IMG/VR virus record: IMGVR_UViG_3300027977_000008
Location: 64,001 to 128,000 of that record
DNA: 64,000 nt
Reading direction: 5' to 3' (one strand)
Source of the DNA: a virus
Shown here: piece by piece, positions 37,523 through 47,396 of the stretch
How the letters are laid out: each line of letters begins with the position of its first letter
How positions within the stretch are numbered: position 1 is the first letter of the stretch
The notes under the pieces: model-generated
What the model was told of the DNA's origin: nothing
Databases searched by the model: none
Seen by the model: the letters and a program-made list of their open reading frames with translations, nothing else
Made by a program: the position numbers and the translations under genes

Positions 37523-38424
37523 TGGAAGAACTAGAATTTGTAAAACAAGAATATGTACCACTGAAAGAAGCAACATTTATTATTCCGTTGAGAATTGAAA
37601 CAGATGATCGAATGCGTAATATTATTACGACGTTGATATATCTTCTTCGTGGTTTTGACACTAATATTATTGTAAAAGAATTTGATAGTGTATCTACCTT
37701 TGAGCAGTCTGTTTTGCCTCAACTGCAACAAGCGTTAACTAAAGACCAATTAAAAAATCTTGTTCATGTATTTGAACAGACTAATGACTATACCTTTCAT
37801 AGAACAAAACTACTCAATGATATGACAATGATGGCAACAACGCCAATTGTTGTCAACTATGATAGTGATATTATTCTACCTAAACATGTCTATAAGCAAG
37901 CGGTAGATTTAATCATGAATGGATTTACTAATCCAGAATTTCCTAATACAGAACCAGAACCAATCAAGGTAGTTTATCCTTATGGGTATGGTGAATATCA
38001 ACGTCAGATTTTCTTTGATGATGAGCAAGCGAGTAACTTTGTCAATTCTAATTTTAACTTTTTAACATTTACTAATACTAGACCTTGGGATGCTAAGTTT
38101 GGGTTCTGTCAATTCTTTGATAGAGAAGAATATATTCGTTTAGGTATGGAAAACGAAAACTTTGTTTCTTATGGATACGAAGATGATGAAAGATATAATC
38201 GCTTCAATCAACTATCTCATGTAGCACGAATTGATGATGTTGTTTATCATCTAGAGCACAAAAGAACTTCTAATTCTTGGTTCAACAATCCTCACATTGA
38301 AGAGAATAGAAGTTTGTTTGGATACTTATCTAGAATGTCTCCAGAAAATATTTTGAAGTATTATACAAATCAACCATACATGGCAAATAGAGGTATCGTT
38401 CACGGGAAGAAGATTGGTGGATAA
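37522..38424 (+). CDS. GT2/GT7-like glycosyltransferase
   Basis: TFIIPLR; NYDSD; GMENENFVSYGYEDDE; YHLEH. Confidence 0.75.
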   Translation: MEELEFVKQEYVPLKEATFIIPLRIETDDRMRNIITTLIYLLRGFDTNIIVKEFDSVSTFEQSVLPQLQQALTKDQLKNLVHVFEQTNDYTFHRTKLLNDMTMMATTPIVVNYDSDIILPKHVYKQAVDLIMNGFTNPEFPNTEPEPIKVVYPYGYGEYQRQIFFDDEQASNFVNSNFNFLTFTNTRPWDAKFGFCQFFDREEYIRLGMENENFVSYGYEDDERYNRFNQLSHVARIDDVVYHLEHKRTSNSWFNNPHIEENRSLFGYLSRMSPENILKYYTNQPYMANRGIVHGKKIGG

Positions 38425-39214
38425 GAATAAGTCTGCATATAAACTGAAAGAATTTCCAAAGTGCTTGTGGATTAACCTCGATAGATTTCCTGATCGTAGG
38501 AAATATATGGAAGATCAATTTTCTTATTGGGAAATTGAAAATCATCATCGCATTTCTGGCATTGATGGTAAAGAAGATGATCCAACTTCATATTTAAAAG
38601 GAACTATTCCGCATAATATGAACCAAGGTGAGATTGCTTGTGTGCTTTCTCATTTAAATGCAATCAAATATTTTTTATATGAAACAGATCTTCCTGAAAT
38701 TATGATTATGGAAGATGATGTTGATCTTTCTACTGCGAAGTATTGGAACTTTACTTGGAAAGAAGTTAGGAAAAGATTTCCTATCAATTTTGATACCTGT
38801 CAGTTTACGATTATCAATCCAAATGGTATCACTCTAAAATTACATCATAGATTTATCAATGATTTTTCTGCTGCATGTTATATAATTACTAGACATCATG
38901 CAGAAAAAATTTTTAAACTTCATAACAGAGGATCTTGTTGGAAGATCGATCAAAATATCAAACCAAGAGCTGTGTCTGAAGATTTAATCCTTGATAGTGG
39001 TAAAGGATATTCTACTCCAATATTCAATTATAGGATTGATCTTGGTTCTGCAATTCATGAAGAACATATTGATGTCTTTCATAAGGATAGCAGAAATGCT
39101 CTTGCTGAATTTTGGGAACTTCAAGGTCCAGACCAAAATGTAGATCAAATTATGGAACTTGATGAATATTGTGGTAGAATTCCACCACAGGTATATTTAA
39201 ATCAACAACAATGA
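38417..39214 (+). CDS. GT25 glycosyltransferase
   Basis: INLDRFPDRR...GIDG...GEIACVLSH...IMEDD. Confidence 0.85.
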   Translation: MDKNKSAYKLKEFPKCLWINLDRFPDRRKYMEDQFSYWEIENHHRISGIDGKEDDPTSYLKGTIPHNMNQGEIACVLSHLNAIKYFLYETDLPEIMIMEDDVDLSTAKYWNFTWKEVRKRFPINFDTCQFTIINPNGITLKLHHRFINDFSAACYIITRHHAEKIFKLHNRGSCWKIDQNIKPRAVSEDLILDSGKGYSTPIFNYRIDLGSAIHEEHIDVFHKDSRNALAEFWELQGPDQNVDQIMELDEYCGRIPPQVYLNQQQ

Positions 39215-39840
39215 AACTTATAGATCATATTGGTATTTTTGATAATGCTGTCCCAGATGATATGTGCGACAGCATTATTCTTGCATTTGATAATTGGACG
39301 GATAAAAAATTTACTCCTGAAGTTGGAGAATGGATTTCTTCTGGACAAGATCAATTTCAAGATAAAATTTTGAGTAGAAGCGATCATCAATTATATCTTG
39401 AATATGTTGATCTAAAAATGGCAATGCAACTCAATACATTTATTGGGCAGTGTTTTGAGCAGTATGCAAAACACTATCAGGGAATTGTTCAAGATAGTGA
39501 TCCTGTATCATCCTGGACAACTAAAGTTCAAAAAACTGTGGCGGGTGGTGGTTATCATAAGTGGCATTGTGAAAATGGTGTTTTTATGTATCGTGATCGT
39601 GTTTTGACTTGGATGGTATATCTGAATGACATTTCATCTGAGAATGGAGGTGCTACAGAATTTCTTTATCAGAAACTAGCACTGCATCCAAAGAAAGGAA
39701 CAGTAGTTCTTTGGCCAGCAGCATACACTCATATGCATCGCGGAGGATTTTTGACTGGTCCTATTGATAAATACATTGCAACAGGTTGGTTTCTGAGAGA
39801 ACCTGGAAACGTCAGTAGTAAAGTTCTTTCTGAATTGTGA
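39211..39840 (+). CDS. 2OG-Fe(II) oxygenase
   Basis: GGYHKWHCE...WMVYLND...GGATEF...WPA.YTH.HRG...KYIATGW. Confidence 0.88.
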   Translation: MKLIDHIGIFDNAVPDDMCDSIILAFDNWTDKKFTPEVGEWISSGQDQFQDKILSRSDHQLYLEYVDLKMAMQLNTFIGQCFEQYAKHYQGIVQDSDPVSSWTTKVQKTVAGGGYHKWHCENGVFMYRDRVLTWMVYLNDISSENGGATEFLYQKLALHPKKGTVVLWPAAYTHMHRGGFLTGPIDKYIATGWFLREPGNVSSKVLSEL

Positions 39841-41471
39841 TCATTTACACTTGTATTACAAATGGATATGATAGTATCTCTGATGATAATTATTATGATC
39901 CAGATGTTAGATACGTATGTTTTTATGATGACAAATTAAAAAAGAAAGGTCCTTGGGAATTCATTAAACTTGATTTAAAAATTGAGTGCCCTGTAAGAAG
40001 ATCTTATCATCCAAAGCATCTCCCCAATCATTATTTTGATGAGGGAGAATTGACAGTATGGATAGATGGATGTTATCTTCTCACAAAAGAATTTACAAAT
40101 TTTTCAAAAGATATTTTTTTAGAACATGATTTTTGCTTACAAAAGCATCCAGATCAGAGATCTTTATTAGCTGAATTTTCTAAACTTTATTTTCAAGGAT
40201 TTTCTACTTTAGAAGAAATTCTTGAAATGTCTAGAAATATAAAAGATATTGGTTATACTTTGTTAGACTATCATCAAACAATCAATTGTGCTATTTGGAG
40301 AAAGATTTGTCCCACAGTCAATGATTGGAATGATCTTTGGCGTGAATGGTATGATACTGGTGTAAATCGAGATCAAATTTCTAGCTCGATTGCAGAATTT
40401 TTAATTTCTAAAAAATATAAATCACCGCTTAGATATGTTGTAAACAAAGTTACTCCACAATTAAACTTTAAACTTAGCATTACTAGAAAAAAGGAGTATA
40501 AACAAGCGTATAAACTCCACAAAATTCCAGGAATGAAAGAAAGAATTGGATTACTAGATAAACTAAAAGAAATTTTTGGAGAACCCGTTGATACATTTAC
40601 CGTCAATAGAATGTATGCTTGTGTTAGATACACTCCGTTTGAACTTAATGATTATGTTGAAAAAAAAGATATGGTTGTCTACACATGCATTACAAATGGG
40701 TATGATGAATTTGTTCCACTAAATCATTATGATTCAGATGTAAGGTATGTTTGTTTTCATGACGGAACAATCAATACTTCAATAGAACCATGGGAATATA
40801 TTGATATCAGAGACTATCATCAAGAAGAATGTCCTCGTAGATTATCTTTTTTCCCTAAAGCTAATCCTCATATTTGGTTTCCTAATGGAACAAATACAAT
40901 TTGGATCGATGGTTGTTATCAACATACTAGAGAGTTTATTAATAGAAGCCAAGGATGTTTTCCTTTTACCATGCTAAGACATGCATCAAGATTTTCATAC
41001 TTTGATGAAATGTTAGAAGGATTTACTTGTGCATTTTTTTCTTATGAGGATGCAATTCGTCTTACAGAGGAATTGAAAAAAATAAATTATAATTTTAGAA
41101 CTTATGGAAGTCCTTTAGGTACTATTGTATGGAGAACTATGAGTGATCAAATGACAGAATTTAATAAACTTTGGTATAAATGGTCTCTTATTGGTTGCAA
41201 TAGAGATCAAATATCTTTTGATGTTGCATTGAGACTTTCTAATGTGGATTTACCATCAGTGTATGAACAAAGAGAACACTCTGGCATTCCTTTAGGATAC
41301 TTCAATAAAAAAGGAAGAAAAGGAATGCATCCACAAAAAGGAGATAAAAGTCAATATTTAAGACAAGATGAATTTTTGAGTGACTTAGAAAAACTAACTG
41401 GGTTAAATCCTAAATTATACACAGGATATCCAGCTCACGATTTTTACATGAAAGTTTACGGGATTATATAA
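39837..41471 (+). CDS. Tandem DUF616 (TOD1/MUCI70-like) glycosyltransferase
   Basis: Two repeats of IYTCITNGYD...YVCF.D...WIDG...RDQIS. Confidence 0.75.
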   Translation: MIIYTCITNGYDSISDDNYYDPDVRYVCFYDDKLKKKGPWEFIKLDLKIECPVRRSYHPKHLPNHYFDEGELTVWIDGCYLLTKEFTNFSKDIFLEHDFCLQKHPDQRSLLAEFSKLYFQGFSTLEEILEMSRNIKDIGYTLLDYHQTINCAIWRKICPTVNDWNDLWREWYDTGVNRDQISSSIAEFLISKKYKSPLRYVVNKVTPQLNFKLSITRKKEYKQAYKLHKIPGMKERIGLLDKLKEIFGEPVDTFTVNRMYACVRYTPFELNDYVEKKDMVVYTCITNGYDEFVPLNHYDSDVRYVCFHDGTINTSIEPWEYIDIRDYHQEECPRRLSFFPKANPHIWFPNGTNTIWIDGCYQHTREFINRSQGCFPFTMLRHASRFSYFDEMLEGFTCAFFSYEDAIRLTEELKKINYNFRTYGSPLGTIVWRTMSDQMTEFNKLWYKWSLIGCNRDQISFDVALRLSNVDLPSVYEQREHSGIPLGYFNKKGRKGMHPQKGDKSQYLRQDEFLSDLEKLTGLNPKLYTGYPAHDFYMKVYGII

Positions 41472-43399
41472 TGATTATTTACACTTGCATTACAAATAAC
41501 TATTGTGAACTTCCTGAGATTGAAGATCTTGGGCATCAGTATATTTGTTTTCACGATGGCACTGTGGAACCAAAATCTCCTTGGGAACTAAGGGATATTA
41601 AATATCAACATAAGGATCCTGTTGTATTATCCAGGCATCCAAAAATCATGTTTCATGAATATTTTGATGACCCCTGTGTTTATGTTGATGCTTCTCGATT
41701 ACATTTAATTAATAATAAACAATTTTTTGATATTTCTAAAATAATTTTAGAAGAAGAACTGCTTGTGATGGATCATCCAGAACATCATAATTATTTTGAA
41801 GAATGTTTAGAATATTATTTAAGATCGTGGGTAAATGAAAGTGATATTTTTAAATTAACAAATTATTTGCGCAAAGAAAATTATGATTTCAATAATCATA
41901 ATACAATTTTTGCATGTATATTATGGAGAACTCCAAATGTAGAAACAATACAGTGGTCAAAACTTTGGTGGGATCTATACTTGGATTGTGGTCCTAGAGA
42001 TCAGTTGTCTGGTTCAGCATCTTTGAAATTATCTAATATAGATTATATTAGAGAGCATCCAGTTTCTATCATTTCTAAGTTTACTTATTATAGAGATTGG
42101 TGGAACGATCTCATAGGAAAATCTGGTGAGTATACTTTAAATAAAACTAATGAATGGAATTGGAAAAGTTTTATTGATGAATTATCAAAGATTTCTGGAC
42201 TAGATTGTAAATCCAAAATATCTTTGGAACATCTTAGATATCTGTCTGATCTTAAGAATGGTAATATTTTTAATCAAATTGTTAATTCGTTTGATTATAA
42301 AATTTATAATGACATAGAAAAATCTGAGGAACAGAAGGAAGCATATCGAATTCATTTAGAAGAATTAACTAAACAAAACGAGGTAAGGTTTACTGTATAT
42401 AGTTGCATTACCAACAATTATGATAACATACCTGAAGAAAATTATTATGATCCAAATGTGAGATACGTCATGTTCCATGATGGAACAATTGACACCACAA
42501 AGGGTCCGTGGGAATATATTGATGTTAGAAATTATTGTGATTTAGAATGTTCAAGAAGACTATCTGCTTTTCCAAAAATAAATCCTCATAGATTATTTGA
42601 ACCAGGTGAGCACACAGTGTGGATAGATGCTTGTTATATACAAACAAAAGAGTTTATAAAATTTTCAAAGACAGTTTTTCCTACAAAAGGAGTAACAACC
42701 TTAGAGCATTGTTATCGATTTAGTTATTATGATGAAATGCTTGAAGGATTTATGTGTGAATTTTTCTCTTACGATGATGGTATAGAATTGACAAAAAAAT
42801 TATCAGAAACAAACTATAATTTTAAAAATTACATTAGTCCTTGTTGTACTATAATTTGGAGAACTGTAAAAAATACAAAACAGTTTAGTGATTTTTGTAA
42901 TCTTTGGTGGAAATGGTCTTTGATTGGATCTAACAGAGACCAGCATTCATTTGATGCTGCAAGACAATTCACTGAAATACATATTACTCGTGTTCAGAAC
43001 AAACCACCATCGACAATTGCTGGGGGAATTGACTTAAAATTTGATTTAAAAAATAAAAATAGAAAAGGAAAACACCCTAAAAGAGGACAAAATTCTCAGT
43101 GGAAACGTATGGATGAATTTTTAAAAGAAATGCAATTATATGCAGGGTTAAGTCCGAGAATTTATGCAAAACATGAACATATAACAATGATGGATTGGAA
43201 TAATGTTTTTGAAGATGACATGGATAGACAAAAGTATACAATCCAATCTTCAACTATGAGAAATTTATCTCATCAACGCAGTTTGTGGGGGAGTACAAAA
43301 TCTTTAAATGATGCTATATGGTCTGATCATAAATCATCTCATATTAAACGCCTTGATGCTGATAGACTTAAAAAAATTAAAGCACTTCAAAAAAAATGA
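41471..43399 (+). CDS. Tandem DUF616-like glycosyltransferase (second)
   Basis: Two repeats of YTCITNNY...FHDG...RDQ(L/H)S. Confidence 0.75.
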   Translation: MIIYTCITNNYCELPEIEDLGHQYICFHDGTVEPKSPWELRDIKYQHKDPVVLSRHPKIMFHEYFDDPCVYVDASRLHLINNKQFFDISKIILEEELLVMDHPEHHNYFEECLEYYLRSWVNESDIFKLTNYLRKENYDFNNHNTIFACILWRTPNVETIQWSKLWWDLYLDCGPRDQLSGSASLKLSNIDYIREHPVSIISKFTYYRDWWNDLIGKSGEYTLNKTNEWNWKSFIDELSKISGLDCKSKISLEHLRYLSDLKNGNIFNQIVNSFDYKIYNDIEKSEEQKEAYRIHLEELTKQNEVRFTVYSCITNNYDNIPEENYYDPNVRYVMFHDGTIDTTKGPWEYIDVRNYCDLECSRRLSAFPKINPHRLFEPGEHTVWIDACYIQTKEFIKFSKTVFPTKGVTTLEHCYRFSYYDEMLEGFMCEFFSYDDGIELTKKLSETNYNFKNYISPCCTIIWRTVKNTKQFSDFCNLWWKWSLIGSNRDQHSFDAARQFTEIHITRVQNKPPSTIAGGIDLKFDLKNKNRKGKHPKRGQNSQWKRMDEFLKEMQLYAGLSPRIYAKHEHITMMDWNNVFEDDMDRQKYTIQSSTMRNLSHQRSLWGSTKSLNDAIWSDHKSSHIKRLDADRLKKIKALQKK

Positions 43400-43412
43400 G
43401 TATTTATACTGA

Positions 43413-43446
43413 TTGACTTTTTATTAAGATTGTATTATACTAAATA
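43413..43446 (+). promoter_or_regulatory. psbA promoter (sigma70 plus adjacent late motif)
   Basis: TTGACT-N17-TATACT followed by TAAATA. Confidence 0.7.
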
Positions 43447-43485
43447 AGTTAGGAAATGAAGACAAAACTTTACGATTCCTCACAT

Positions 43486-43590
43486 TCCCGCTAACCAAGA
43501 CCTATGGGAATTGAAATACGTCTTTCTACCTACACTGGAGGGTGGTGTAGGAATACTGCCAACAGTTCGTTCCCCCGAACTCATAACTAC
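43486..43590 (+). ncRNA. PhotoRC-II-like structured psbA leader
   Basis: CTAACCAAGAC...ACGTCTT; CCTACAC-TGGAGGGTG-GTGTAGG hairpin; GTTCG/CGAAC hairpin; position upstream of phage psbA (family from memory). Confidence 0.6.
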
Positions 43591-43602
43591 CCTTTTAATT
43601 CA

Positions 43603-44688
43603 ATGACTACTGCTACAATTGCTACACGCTCTAATACTACTAACTTATGGAACGATTTCTGTGAATGGGTAACCTCAACTAACAACCGTTTATATGTTGG
43701 TTGGTTTGGTGTATTGGGAATTCCAACTTTATTAGTTGCTACAACTTGCTTTATTATTGCCTTCATCGGTGCTCCTCCTGTGGACATAGATGGTATTCGT
43801 GAACCTGTCGCTGGATCTTTACTCTATGGAAACAACATTATCTCGGGAGCGGTCGTACCAAGCTCCAACGCAATCGGATTACATTTCTACCCAATTTGGG
43901 AAGCTGCTTCTGTTGACGAATGGCTCTACAATGGTGGACCGTTCCAACTTGTTGTCTTCCACTTCCTCATTGGCATCTATGCTTACATGGGACGAGAATG
44001 GGAACTTAGTTATAGACTAGGTATGCGTCCTTGGATCTGTATTGCTTACAGTGCTCCTGTTGCTGCTGCCTCTGCTGTATTCTTAGTGTATCCTTTTGGT
44101 CAAGGTTCTTTTAGTGATGCGATGCCTTTGGGTATCTCAGGCACCTTTAACTATATGCTTGTATTCCAGGCAGAACATAACATCTTAATGCACCCCTTCC
44201 ATATGCTTGGAGTTGCTGGTGTCTTTGGAGGAAGTCTATTTTCTGCGATGCATGGATCTTTGGTAACCTCATCATTGGTTCGTGAAACCACAGAAACCGA
44301 AAGTCAGAACTACGGATATAAGTTTGGTCAAGAAGAAGAGACCTATAATATTGTTGCTGCTCACGGATACTTTGGAAGACTTATTTTCCAATATGCTTCG
44401 TTCAACAACTCTCGTTCACTTCACTTCTTCCTTGCTGCCTGGCCTGTTGTAGGCATCTGGTTCACCGCTCTTGGTGTTTCAACCATGGCTTTTAACCTTA
44501 ACGGCCTAAATTTCAACCAGAGTATTCTGGATAATCAAGGACACGTTATTAATACGTGGGCTGATGTTCTTAACCGTGCTGGACTCGGTTTAGAAGTGAT
44601 GCATGAACGTAATGCCCACAACTTTCCCCTAGATCTTGCTGCTGCTGAAGCAACTCCTGTTGCTTTGACTGCACCTGCTATCGGTTGA
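43603..44688 (+). CDS. psbA: Photosystem II D1 protein, intronless
   Basis: MTTATIA...NRLYVGWFG...[11 protein letters not shown]...[13 protein letters not shown]; start is ATG 43603, not 43504. Confidence 0.98.
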   Translation: MTTATIATRSNTTNLWNDFCEWVTSTNNRLYVGWFGVLGIPTLLVATTCFIIAFIGAPPVDIDGIREPVAGSLLYGNNIISGAVVPSSNAIGLHFYPIWEAASVDEWLYNGGPFQLVVFHFLIGIYAYMGREWELSYRLGMRPWICIAYSAPVAAASAVFLVYPFGQGSFSDAMPLGISGTFNYMLVFQAEHNILMHPFHMLGVAGVFGGSLFSAMHGSLVTSSLVRETTETESQNYGYKFGQEEETYNIVAAHGYFGRLIFQYASFNNSRSLHFFLAAWPVVGIWFTALGVSTMAFNLNGLNFNQSILDNQGHVINTWADVLNRAGLGLEVMHERNAHNFPLDLAAAEATPVALTAPAIG

Positions 44689-44708
44689 TAAATAAATCAT
44701 TGTCGTGC

Positions 44709-44743
44709 AAAGGATCCTTCGGGATCCTTTTTTTTTATAAATA
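44709..44743 (+). terminator. psbA terminator plus late promoter
   Basis: AAAGGATCC-TTCG-GGATCCTTT, T run, then TATAAATA. Confidence 0.9.
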
Positions 44744-44769
44744 ATAATGCACGACAATGCACGAATACT

Positions 44770-45219
44770 ATGACTAAAACAACTCAAACATCTGGGACTA
44801 AAACTTGTACTAAATGTGGTGCAAGTAAAGACATCGCAGAATTTTATAAGAGAGGTGGTAAAACATCACCTGAAACTAGGCATAATCACTGTAAAGAATG
44901 TACTAAATCTAGAGTAACTTCAAAGTATAAAGAAGATCCTTCTCTTTATAGAGAACAGCATTTACAGAGAAGTTATGGAATTGGTAGAGATGAGTACAAC
45001 AATATGTTGCAAGAGCAAAATAATCAATGTGATATTTGCAAATCATTAGATCCAAAGGGCAAACATAACAATAATTATTTTCCCGTTGATCATTGTCATT
45101 CTACAAATAAAGTTAGGGGATTACTATGCCATAACTGCAACACCGCATTAGGACTTGTGGGGGACAATATTAGCACACTACAAACAATGATTGAATACCT
45201 GAGTAAAAACACCTATTGA
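44770..45219 (+). CDS. Endonuclease VII-family free-standing homing endonuclease (F-CphI-like)
   Basis: CTKC...CKEC zinc finger; YGI...QNNQCDIC...VDHCH...VRGLLCHNCNTALG; directly downstream of psbA. Confidence 0.85.
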   Translation: MTKTTQTSGTKTCTKCGASKDIAEFYKRGGKTSPETRHNHCKECTKSRVTSKYKEDPSLYREQHLQRSYGIGRDEYNNMLQEQNNQCDICKSLDPKGKHNNNYFPVDHCHSTNKVRGLLCHNCNTALGLVGDNISTLQTMIEYLSKNTY

Positions 45220-45249
45220 CTTTTTTATTAACAAATGTTAAGATAAATA
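45216..45249 (+). promoter_or_regulatory. Promoter of the psbD operon with HLR1-like direct repeat
   Basis: TTGACT-N17-TAAGAT then ATAAATA; TTAACAAA-TG-TTAAGATA. Confidence 0.55.
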
Positions 45250-45258
45250 TGAGAAATA

Positions 45259-45504
45259 ATGAAGGTGCTTATGGTTGGAAAGTTAGATCCTGAGGAAAAT
45301 GTTCTTCAGTGGTTTGAACAAACTTCTAATGAACCTTATAATCGTCATGATTATAAACTAGTATACACTAATGGTAATATAAAAGTATTTGAGGATTATC
45401 AAGAGTTTATGGCAGCATGGTTTCAATATCCAAAACAACTTCTAAGTCACGGAGAAGTTTTGAATAAAAAAGTAAAAAAAATTAAATCTGGAGGATTTAT
45501 GTAA
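45259..45504 (+). CDS. Hypothetical protein upstream of psbD
   Basis: [18 protein letters not shown]...; coupled to psbD. Confidence 0.65.
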   Translation: MKVLMVGKLDPEENVLQWFEQTSNEPYNRHDYKLVYTNGNIKVFEDYQEFMAAWFQYPKQLLSHGEVLNKKVKKIKSGGFM

Positions 45505-46562
45505 TGGTTTCTTCAACATTTACTCAACAAACTCAGAGAGGATGGTTCGATGTCTTGGACGACTGGCTTAAACGAGATCGCTTTATCTTTGTGGGGTGGT
45601 CTGGACTACTTCTTTTTCCCACTGCTTATTTGGCAATTGGTGGCTGGCTTACTGGGACAACGTTTGTTACAAGTTGGTACACCCACGGGTTGGCGTCTAG
45701 TTACCTTGAGGGTGCTAATTTCCTCACGGCAGCTGTGTCAACGCCTGCTGATGCTATGGGTCATTCTCTTCTTCTACTTTGGGGTCCTGAGTCTCAAGGG
45801 GATATTATCAGGTGGTTCCAACTTGGGGGACTCTGGGCTTTTGTGGCACTCCACGGGGCTTTCGCTCTGATTGGATTTATGCTTCGTCAGTTTGAGATTG
45901 CTCGTTTAGTAGGGATTAGACCGTACAATGCTATTGCGTTTTCTGGACCGATTGCAGTATTCGTTTCGGTATTCTTAATGTATCCTCTGGGTCAATCCAG
46001 CTGGTTCTTTGCTCCTTCTTTTGGTGTTGCTGCTATCTTCAGGTTCCTGCTATTCCTACAAGGTTTTCATAACTGGACACTCAATCCCTTTCACATGATG
46101 GGAGTTGCTGGTATACTGGGAGGAGCATTGCTCTGTGCGATTCACGGAGCAACTGTAGAAAACACTTTATTTGAGGACAGTGGACAAGCAAACACATTCA
46201 AAGCATTTGAACCTACGCAAGAAGAAGAGACTTATTCAATGGTTACTGCGAACCGTTTCTGGTCGCAGATATTTGGTATCGCGTTTAGCAATAAGCGTTG
46301 GTTGCATTTCTTTATGCTATTTGTTCCTGTCATGGGTCTTTGGACCGCTTCTATTGGTATTATTGGTCTTGCTTTTAATTTGAGAGCATATGACTTTGTA
46401 AGTCAGGAGATTAGAGCTGCTGAAGATCCTGAATTTGAAACATTCTATACAAAGAATATTCTTTTGAATGAAGGACTTCGTGCTTGGATGGCACCAGCAG
46501 ATCAACCTCACGAGAACTTTGTATTTCCAGAGGAAGTACTACCACGAGGAAATGCTCTTTGA
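45504..46562 (+). CDS. psbD: Photosystem II D2 protein
   Basis: [16 protein letters not shown]...[12 protein letters not shown]. Confidence 0.98.
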   Translation: MVSSTFTQQTQRGWFDVLDDWLKRDRFIFVGWSGLLLFPTAYLAIGGWLTGTTFVTSWYTHGLASSYLEGANFLTAAVSTPADAMGHSLLLLWGPESQGDIIRWFQLGGLWAFVALHGAFALIGFMLRQFEIARLVGIRPYNAIAFSGPIAVFVSVFLMYPLGQSSWFFAPSFGVAAIFRFLLFLQGFHNWTLNPFHMMGVAGILGGALLCAIHGATVENTLFEDSGQANTFKAFEPTQEEETYSMVTANRFWSQIFGIAFSNKRWLHFFMLFVPVMGLWTASIGIIGLAFNLRAYDFVSQEIRAAEDPEFETFYTKNILLNEGLRAWMAPADQPHENFVFPEEVLPRGNAL

Positions 46563-46568
46563 TTATCC

Positions 46569-46597
46569 AGGGACCTTCTTGTAGGGTCTCTTTTTTT
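46569..46597 (+). terminator. psbD terminator
   Basis: AGGGACC-loop-GGTCTCT plus T run. Confidence 0.7.
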
Positions 46598-46623
46598 ATA
46601 AATCTCCCAAGTAATATTAAAAA

Positions 46624-47247
46624 ATGTCTTATTTAAATCATAACTTACCTGATTGGAGTTGTTATATTCGTAATGAGTTTCTATACAATCACAAAAAAGG
46701 ACACGGAGAAATTACAAAATGTGATGTTCATTCTGTCGCAAGTATGGAGAAACGAGTTCCATTGTTTGAATGTTTTCTGGAGAATGGTGTAAACTGGACC
46801 CGAAGACCATTACATTCACTCTGCTGGAAACCTGATGCAGAAATAGAACCTCTCAATCAAATTATGTATTGGGATTGCTTCTCTTCTTATGTGGATGTGC
46901 AACGAAGAAATCGTCTTGCTGGATTGAAAGCAGAACTTATTCGTCCTGATAATACTAAAGTTCATGGTGAGTATATGTTTACTCTTGACTGGGGATTTGA
47001 GAATAAGGGAATGACGGATTTTAATTACTCAGAAACTCCAGAACATAAATGTGCTCATTTGTTCAAGGTGGAAACTGGTAACTACTATGCATACCCAAAT
47101 AATAGAATTATATGGTATGATAGTGCCTGGACATTCAATCGCATCAAGTCAAATCCAGGATATGAGATTGATACGAATTTGTATTCTGTAGAAAATACAA
47201 GAACCTTTGAGACTTCTGATCATTACATTTATCAAATTGAGGAATGA
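46624..47247 (+). CDS. Conserved phage hypothetical protein
   Basis: YLNHNLP...RNEFLY...WDCFS...YMFTLDW...EHKCAH...YPNNRI. Confidence 0.75.
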   Translation: MSYLNHNLPDWSCYIRNEFLYNHKKGHGEITKCDVHSVASMEKRVPLFECFLENGVNWTRRPLHSLCWKPDAEIEPLNQIMYWDCFSSYVDVQRRNRLAGLKAELIRPDNTKVHGEYMFTLDWGFENKGMTDFNYSETPEHKCAHLFKVETGNYYAYPNNRIIWYDSAWTFNRIKSNPGYEIDTNLYSVENTRTFETSDHYIYQIEE

Positions 47248-47256
47248 ATTTAGGTT

Positions 47257-47382
47257 ATGATTTCGTCTACAACTCCATACAAACTCACAGAAATTATTCG
47301 GGATACTTGGCCCAATCTTTATAGACCACCAGCAGATTTCAAACCACCATCACTTTATAAATCAATAGATATAAATAACTAA
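47257..47382 (+). CDS. Small hypothetical protein (41 aa, not in ORF track)
   Basis: MISSTTPYKLTEIIRDTWPNLYRPP... Confidence 0.55.
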   Translation: MISSTTPYKLTEIIRDTWPNLYRPPADFKPPSLYKSIDINN

Positions 47383-47396
47383 AAAGTAGTTATAAG

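Noticed and set aside
43504-43602. 33-aa N-terminal extension of D1 in the ORF track
   Set aside because: It overlaps the structured leader; D1 begins at the MTTA start at 43603.
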